Origin: Macrostomum lignano
Lineage: Eukaryota
Reading direction: 5' to 3'
NCBI GenBank assembly: GCA_002269645.1
Contig: NIVC01000957.1
Span: forward strand, 310,001 to 374,000
Length of the DNA stretch: 64,000 bases
The notes beneath the pieces were generated by a model that worked only from the letters and a program-made list of their open reading frames with translations, had not been told where the DNA came from and ran no database searches. Each line of letters starts with the position of its first letter. Position 1 is the stretch's first letter. Shown here piece by piece: positions 55,456 to 64,000 of this stretch. A program made the translations under genes and the position numbers.

Positions 55456-56205
55456 ACCCCTACTTCGGTGTTTCAACATTAAAAGCTTGTAGGAAACAAT
55501 TAATTTTTGTGCGTTAGTAATAACGAATTTTAGTGGGAATTTTCAATTGCAATTAGAAAAAATAAGAACTTGATGAGTTTGGTTAATTAGACATTATAGT
55601 GAACTCTCATGTATCGTTGGCATCTCATTTTCGAAAGATCTTAATAATACCTTGATAGACATATTTTGAGGGTGAACTCTTGGTGAGAAGAATGCTTTCG
55701 CATCACACTTACACCTGAGAAAACCTGCGCAAAAAATAACATTTGGAGACTCAAATGAGGAAATAATGGAGCTTTTAATGAAATGATCCCACCTGTTTCT
55801 TGACTGCTGAGAGTAATACCCGTTGCTCAAATCAACTGCATAGGAGGACGTTTTGCAAAAGTACTTTAGAAATTTTTGAAAGGTCATTTTTTTTAAAATG
55901 CATTAGGTTAGGTATCTCCAGTATCTCAGAGACCTCAGGTACCTCAGGTGGCTCAGGTATTCAGGTATCTTACATGTAGGTATCTCAGGTATCTCAAGTA
56001 TCTTAAGCACCCCAAGAAATCCCCCCTGTATAAAAATGGCTCACTTCCCTCTTCATGTTTACTGCCACGAACTCAACAAAGAAATTCAACAAGCATCTGC
56101 CGCCATCAACTGAAAGCCAATTTATCATATCAAGCATAACATTCAAAACCGATTTTAAATTTAAAATACAATAGCTTCATCAATAGTGTTTCCCCCCATC
56201 CAGCA

Positions 56206-57398
56206 TCACACATAGCTGGCGCTGTCTTCACCGCCCGCCGGTCCGTTCAGGTTGCCGCCGCCGCCGCCGCCGCCGCCGATGCCGCTGTGGCTACTGACGG
56301 AGCCGCTGCCGCCGCCGCCGCCGCCGCCGCCGCCGCTGGGTGTTCGCTTTGGCGGCAGCGGCTGCGCCTGAATGCCTCGCGCTGGCATCGACATCATCTG
56401 GGGCTGGAGAGGCGGGGGCGGCGGCGGCTGCTGCTGGTGCTGCTGGTGCTTGTGCCGCTGCCGACTCGAAGACCGCGGCGGCCGCTCCGGCGGCAGCAGC
56501 GCCGGCAAGTCGCAGGCGAGGTCCATCTCGTCGGTTTTCTTCGAACGATAGCGCAGCCAGATCTCCCGCACGATCTCGGCCGTGATGAGGTCGCCAGCGT
56601 TGTGGCTGATCATGCGCAGCAGGAAGATGCCGTCGTAGCGCAGGAAGCTGTTCACGAACTTCTTCGCCACCGCCTTCTCCTCCGAGTGGATGCTGGTCAT
56701 GATCTTCAGGTACTTCTTGATGAAGGAGCGCCGAGATGCGCGCATTGTGGAGGTGACGGCCCAGGACACGAAGGAGAAGGAGGTGAACACTGCCAGGGCC
56801 CACACCCAGAACCACAGGAAGATGTATATCTTCTCGTTCAGCATGTTGTTGGGCAACACGCACTGCAGGCTGTAGGTGTTCACCACGCCCCCGACGTTCT
56901 CGAATCGAAGGTCGCACCGGGTGACCCTGGGGAACACGCCGGTCCGCTCCCAGCTGCGCCGGCGGATCAGGTCGTCCAGCAGGTTGAAGCCCCAGTAGGT
57001 GCCGTTCATCCCCAGGAAGCGCTCCATGATGATCAGCTGCAGGACCGCTACCTTGACGTACAGCAGCTTCACCAGCAGGTAGGAGCCGACTAGCACGAAG
57101 CCGGTGCGCCTGGTCAGCACCAGGCACGGCAGCACCTGTGCGCACCGGTTTTTCACCTGTTGCCACCGGCCCCGCCTGTACGGCTGCACGTGGAACAGCA
57201 GCTTCTCCAGGTGCGCGGCCAGGAAGCCAACCAGGCGCTGCCGCTTGTCCTGCTCGACTGTGGCGGCTGACATCGAGAACCGGATGATGTCCATGATGCT
57301 GGTGCCGAACCGGTTGCTGAGGAACAGCCAGCAGATCCGGGGCAGGTAGAACAGCACCGCCTGTAGGGCGAGCACGAACGGAATCCACTGGTAGTAGT
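56206..57398 (-). CDS. Innexin, last coding exon; spliced protein about 499 aa
   Basis: Acceptor CCCGCAG|AC gives (Y)YYQWIPFVLALQAVLFYLP. FPRVTRCD, QCVLPNNMLNEKIYIFLWFW and FLRYDGIFLLRMISHNAGDL follow, then a Gln/Pro/Gly-rich tail. Confidence 0.93.
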
Positions 57399-59349
57399 CT
57401 GCGGGACGGCGCGGGGTGGGCGTTCCCCAGTCTGTCCAAGGACCGCTGAACCGCCTCCCAGTAAGCCAGTAAGTACTTTATTGATTTCGCGTTCGATTAA
57501 AACTATTCGAAGACAACTGAGACATTGCTGCATGATCAATGTGACAGAAATTCAAAATAAAATGGAATTGATTTTTGTTTGATATTTTCAGTACTTGTTG
57601 CGACAATTAGCCAGCCACTAAAGTACTTTTGTTATTTTCATAGACCTGTGGTGTCTCGACAGACCAACACAGGAAAGCCGCGAGTAATTAGGCAAGTAGA
57701 ATTCAGCCAAAAAGAGTGCGAGCGTACGCTCCACTTAGGACAACCCGCGCTTATCCAACCATGCATCCAACCATGAATTAATAGGCGATCGATAAATTTG
57801 CTAGCAAGAAAAGGTATTAATTGTTTGCATCACATTTACGGTGACGCCTACTTACAGTAGAGTAGTAAGAAAAAAATATCCCTTTAGTTATTTAGTAAAA
57901 CGGCCCTTTTAAGGGCTCCTTGCCACGACACAAGACCACTAAACTATTAGCATGCATCTCATGAACTACAAATCATGGGCTAATGAGCTCTCAGGCGATT
58001 AATGGACCACCAAATTACTCTCGGGTGTTTCATGGACAACCAAACTACTTCCAGGTGTGTAATGGACCACTAAACTATTTCCAATTGTTTAATATATCAC
58101 TAAACTACTCATGCGTGTCATAGATCACTATCTAAAGTACTCCTAGTTGTGTCATGGATAACTAAACTATACGTTCCTGTTGTGTCGTATATCACGAAAC
58201 TACTTCCGTAGTCACACGTGAGTAATAAACCTCTAAACTGCTCTCAGTAGTGTCATGGATCACAAAAATACTCTCCAGTGTGCTATGAACCACAAAACTA
58301 TTTCCAGGTGTGTCATGGACCTTTAGGCAACTTTATGAACTCATCACGGGCCGCCAAAGCAGCAATTTTGTGCAGTCAAAAAAGCACTTTCGAGTCATTA
58401 AAAGTTCTTTGATTCTTCTTACTTTTTTAAAGAAACTTCTACGTCATTTGCGGCACGCAAAAAGCCCCCCAATTTTCGGCGCCCAATTTCCCTGACTTCT
58501 TGGCCGCACCCCCCCCCCCCACTCTCCCTTGTTTCACCACTTCATCCCTGTTTTCATTCTGCTGTCTGTCTCTCTCTCCCTCTCTATTCCGGGCTGCTTT
58601 CATTTCACTTTTCAACGGCGCAGATTCGACACAAAAGCCCGGGGGTTCGAGAGGCTGGCAGCCCCCGTGATTCCCAGAGTCTGACTGCGGGAGAATTTGA
58701 TGAGGCGCAAGCCACCTCTCCCAGCATCTTGCTAGGTCTTCGCGCGCCGCGAAAGGTGTCGAAATGTCAGGGCTGGGGTCGGGGAGGGGAGATTTTGATG
58801 AGTGGGAAGCCGTGTGGATCGGGCTCCCCCCACCCCTCCGACCCCCTGGCAGTTTTGAAATTTCTCGCCTTTGAATGCTTTCAGATTTTGTCTGGGGGCC
58901 GTCCGAGCATTGGCGGCGAGGCCCGGCCATACGCTCGTATTATCGGAGTCGGATTCGAAATCAAGCACACGCACACACACACACAGCCGGTCGCTCCTCA
59001 GGCAGATGTCGCCAAGGCCAAAATCAACATCCAACTGCTGCAGCGAGGGCTGGCAAGTCTGCAGCTGTTGACATTGCAATCCAGTGGTGGGCGGAGGTTA
59101 TTGATTTTGTAAAGCAATATGCATATTGTGTGCATATATATTCTGTTTTAATAAATTCTGCGTCATGCCTTCTCTCCATTGCTGAGCATGACAAGTCACC
59201 AATAATCTTGGCGAGTTCCCAAGTTTGAGCTTTGCTCTGGACTGAAGATGCTCAAAATTCAAGCTCAGTGCATCTTGTTTGGTGTGCGTTTGCTTGCATT
59301 TTTGTCTGCTTTTGTTTTGCTCTTGGATTCTTCGTTGCTTGCTTCTCGG

Positions 59350-59660
59350 TGTTTTAACCCCTCTTCTCTTCTCTCCCTCGCCTCCTCTCTTCTCTCCTTC
59401 CTCTCCTCTCTTCTCTTCTCTCCCTCGCCTCCTCTCTTCTCTCCTTCCTCTCCTCTCTTCTCTTCTCTCCCTCCCCTCCTCCCTCCTTCCTTCCCTCTGC
59501 TCTCTTCTCTCCTTCCCTCCTCTCTTCTCTCTCCCCTCCTCTCTTCTCCCTCCCCCCTCTCTTCTCTCCTTCCTCTCCTCTCTTTTCTCCCTCCCCCTCT
59601 CTTCTCTCCTTCCCTCCTCTCTATTCTCCCTCCCCTCCTCTCTTTTCTCCCCCTTCCCTT
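59350..59660 (+). repeat. CT-rich low-complexity tract in the innexin intron
   Basis: Almost purely pyrimidine on the + strand. Confidence 0.85.
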
Positions 59661-60351
59661 CGTTTACTTTCTGTCACATTACTACTTATCATTCTTAGCA
59701 TTCTTGTCCTTTTTTCTCTTGTCTATTCTCCTCTCGACTGTCAGAGTTTTCTGTTGTGACCAAAAACTCTTATGGTAATCATATTTCTAACTTTTGTTTG
59801 TGAACTTTATATACATGTATTCCGATAATTCTCCAAGTTAACTAGAATTTCGAGTTTCTTCCATTGATAAATCCCCAGGATATTGAGCAGTTTCTCATCT
59901 GCATCTGCTGTCGTTAGCCGAGGCCTTCATGCGCCAATGCAGCGCGCTTGCTGGACGATTTTGTCCACACTTGGCCGCGGCGGCTGCCTGTCTGGAAACC
60001 CGGTTCCCAGACACGGCCGGGCGATCGGGAGGGGGGGTTCTGAGCTGTCTCAAGCGAGCTGCAGCCTCCGCCCGGATGCAGCCGCGTCTACTCGACTGTT
60101 TTTATGCCGAAGCTGCTCTCAGGAGAAAAAACTATATGATAATTCCCCTCGTGATGGCGCAAGCGCCTCGGAATTGCGCTGCTGAAATGGCTGGAGCTGG
60201 CGAGCTCGACCCGCTACTTATCCCCCCCCTACTTATCCCCCCCCCCCTACTTATCCCCCTGGGTCTGCGGCGCTTTCGGCTCCGGTTTCTGTCGATTCCT
60301 GAGCTCCGCTGCTTGCTCGGTGGCTGCACGCAGGCGCTATTGGGTCTCTGT

Positions 60352-61212
<861 letters not shown>

Positions 61213-61814
61213 AGTCTCTTTCTCGCCGTTCTGTAACTACAATCCATCTTATCCATCCGAGTTGTTCAGCCTCATAATTACAGCACCAACAACAAGCATC
61301 AAATCCTTTTGCAACCCCAGCCTACAACCTATAATTACACCCTCAGCAACTCAAATGCCCCAAAACTCCTTCCAGAGCTTTCCTTTCACACTGCTTTAAC
61401 ACTGTCGCCCAGACAGTTTGCGGAAGCCCTTTAGGCAGCTTCAAGCAGTCCCCAGTGCTCTCATGGGGCGCAGGAAGGGGTGTCTGTGGTTGCTGGGGGG
61501 GGGGGTCCTTAGCCTAAGCCGAGAGCTGAGCTAATGCAATTTTCTGGTACACAGCAGCGTCGAACGAGTCTCAGCAGCTCCAGCCTCCCTCCAGTGCTAA
61601 TGGTGCCTCGAGGGGCTGCTGGGTTAATGCGCAGCTGGGAGAGCAGGTTTCTCAGCGCGTCAAAAGCGATTCTTGAGCCTCTCAGTCTCCATCCCTCTCT
61701 GCGCGAGCTCCATCTCTATGAATAGACTATTTTCTATCGGCGTGATGAATGATGGAATAAAGGGAACCAAATATTTCTGTTTATATTGGTCTCACGGAGC
61801 CTGGGAGAATAGCT

Positions 61815-63127
61815 CAAATATCTAGTCACTATTAGGTCAAATATCTACTCACTATCAGCTCAAATATCTAGTCACTATTATCTCATATATCTACTCACTA
61901 TCAGCTAAAATATCTAGTCACTATTATCTCAAATATCTACTCACTATCAGCTAAAATATCAAGTCACTATTATCTCAAATATCTACTCACTATTAGCTAA
62001 AATATCTAGTCAGTATTAGCTCAAATATCTACTCACTATTAGCTCAAATATCTAGTCAGTATTAGCTCAAATATCTACTCACTATTAGCTCAAATATCTA
62101 GTCAGTATTAGCTCAAATATCTACTCACTATTAGCTCAAATATCTAGTCACTATTATCTCAAATATCTACTCACTATCAGTTAAAATATCTAGTCACTTT
62201 TATCTCAAATATCTACTCACTATCAGCTAAAATATCAAGTCACTATTATCTCAAATATCTACTCACTATCAGCTAAAATATCTAGTCACTTTTATCTCAA
62301 ATATCTACTCACTATTAGCTAAAATATCTAGTCAGTATTAGCTCAAATATCTACTCACTATTAGCTAAAATATCTAGTCAGTATTAGCTCAAATATCTAC
62401 TCACTATTAGCTAAAATATCTAGTCAGTATTAGCTCAAATATCTACTCACTATTAGCTCAAATATCTAGTCACTATTATCTCAAATATCTACTCACTATC
62501 AGTTAAAATATCTAGTCACTTTTATCTCAAATATCTACTCACTATCAGCTAAAATATCAAGTCACTATTATCTCAAATATCTACTCACTATCAGCTCAAA
62601 TATCTAGTCACTATTATCTCATATATCTACTCACTATCAGCTAAAATATCTAGTCACTATTATCTCAAATATCTACTCACTATCAGCTAAAATATCAAGT
62701 CACTTTTATCTCAAATATCTACTCACTATTAGCTAAAATATCTAGTCAGTATTAGCTCAAATATCTACTCACTATTAGCTCAAATATCTAGTCACTATTA
62801 TCTCAAATATCTACTCACTATCAGCTAAAATATCTAGTCACTTTTATATCAAATATCTACTCACTATTAGCTAAAATATCTAGTCAGTATTAGCTCAAAT
62901 ATCTACTCACTATTAGCTCAAATATCTAGTCACTATTATCTCAAATATCTACTCACTATCAGCTAAAATATCAAGTCACTATTAGCTCAAATATCTACTC
63001 ACTATCAGCTAAAATATCAAGTCACTATTATCTCAAATATCTACTCACTATCAGCTCAAATATCTAGTCTCTATTATCTCAAATATCTACTCACTATCAG
63101 CTCAAATATCTAGTCTCTATTAGCTCA
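61815..63127 (+). repeat. 23-bp satellite organised as a 46-bp dimer (TCAAATATCTACTCACTATCAGC / TAAAATATCTAGTCACTATTATC)
   Basis: ACTCACT and AGTCA(C/G)T monomers alternate. Confidence 0.93.
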
Positions 63128-63183
63128 AGGCACTCAAATAATGTAAAGTTAATTTACCCGTAAATAGCTTGGCAACTACTCAC

Positions 63184-63490
63184 AAATTGTTCTCTCTTTC
63201 TTCTTGCTCGAGTCCATTGTCAGCGTCTCGCCCATGGGCCAGTAGTACATGTTCTCAATCCAGCACAGGTTCTCAATGTACTCCATTCGTTGAGAGCCCT
63301 CGGTCTCCTTGAGCGTCCAGCACTGGATGGGTGTGAACAGGTACTGCTTGGTGGCGGATATTCCGGCAAAGAATATCAGAATGGTGGGCGTGATCATGTA
63401 GTTCAGGACGTCGATGAAGTCCTCGGCCGCGGCGTACTGGCCGAAGCTCACCCGGAACTGGTTCACCTTCAGGAAGAAGTCGAAATTCAT
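63184..63490 (-). CDS. Innexin, first coding exon
   Basis: EDFIDVLNYMIT, KQYLFTPIQCW and YIENLCWIENMYY match the innexin DD..D.LN / KQY.G.PI.CW / Y.E..CW..NTY motifs. Donor T|GTGAGT is phase 1 and joins AC of exon 2 to form TAC. Confidence 0.92.
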
Positions 63491-63534
63491 GGCTGCCGCC
63501 TGCGGTGGGGAGGAGGGGCGTGACGCTTTGTTGC

Positions 63535-64000
63535 GGCTGTCTGATCACTCTGTCTATATAGCTGGTCACTCTGGTTATGTATCTGGTCACTCTGGTTGTG
63601 TATCTCGTCACTCTTGTTGTGTACTCTATTCATTCAATCCTACATTATCTAGTCACTCTATCCTACAGTATCTAGTCACTCTATCCTACAGTATCTAGTC
63701 ACTCTATCCTACAGTATCTAGTCACTCTGGTTGTGTATCTCGTCACTCTTGTTGTGTACTCTATTCATTCAATCCTACATTATCTAGTCACTCTATCCTA
63801 CAGTATCTAGTCACTCTATCCTACAGTATCTAGTCACTCTATCCTACAGTATCTAGTCACTCTATCCTACAGTATCTAGTCACTCTATCCTACAGTATCT
63901 AGTCACTCTATCCTACAGTATCTAGTCACTCTATCCTAAAGTATCTAGTCACTCTGGTTGTGTATCTCGTCACTCTTGTTGTGTACTCTATTCATTCAAT
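63535..64000 (+). repeat. 23-bp minisatellite (ATCTAGTCACTCTATCCTACAGT) with a recurring longer spacer
   Basis: Direct observation; the array runs off the window end. Confidence 0.88.

Noticed and set aside
58430-59230. Possible nested gene or alternative innexin exon in the intron
   Set aside because: The short overlapping ORFs lack innexin motifs or convincing splice pairs.
59248-59778. Leu/Ser/Pro-rich membrane-protein-like ORF
   Set aside because: Translation of a CT-rich low-complexity tract.

Overview
Eukaryotic (metazoan) genomic DNA. GC-rich, low-complexity-rich exons, minisatellite-filled introns and (GACA)n tracts resemble the flatworm Macrostomum; this organism call is inference only. 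There are five host genes. Four are on the + strand: STUB1/CHIP (2 exons), an intronless TOPORS-like RING ligase, CDK8 (5-6 exons) and a myosuppressin-receptor-like peptide GPCR (2 coding exons, 11-kb intron). One is on the - strand: an innexin (2 coding exons). Between CDK8 and the GPCR lies a nested mobile-element zone. It contains a decayed Mag-type Ty3/Gypsy element carrying a 5'-truncated LINE in its RT, a disabled signal-peptide/CUB-like/LDLa-like gene with an internal 30-bp repeat, and an intact IS630/Gambol-like transposon (DD33E, ~165-bp TIRs). That transposon is inserted at the end of a near-intact Crypton (tyrosine recombinase) element. A full-length Mag-type LTR retrotransposon with an intact 1308-aa ORF and unequal LTRs follows. 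Elsewhere are a complete tRNA-derived SINE with a 35-bp target duplication just upstream of CDK8, an RTE-like LINE fragment, a 40-bp LINE-tail stub, two hairpin/MITE-like elements and more than 20 distinct tandem arrays. Gene models were assembled by hand from splice signals and recalled family motifs; no database search was run.
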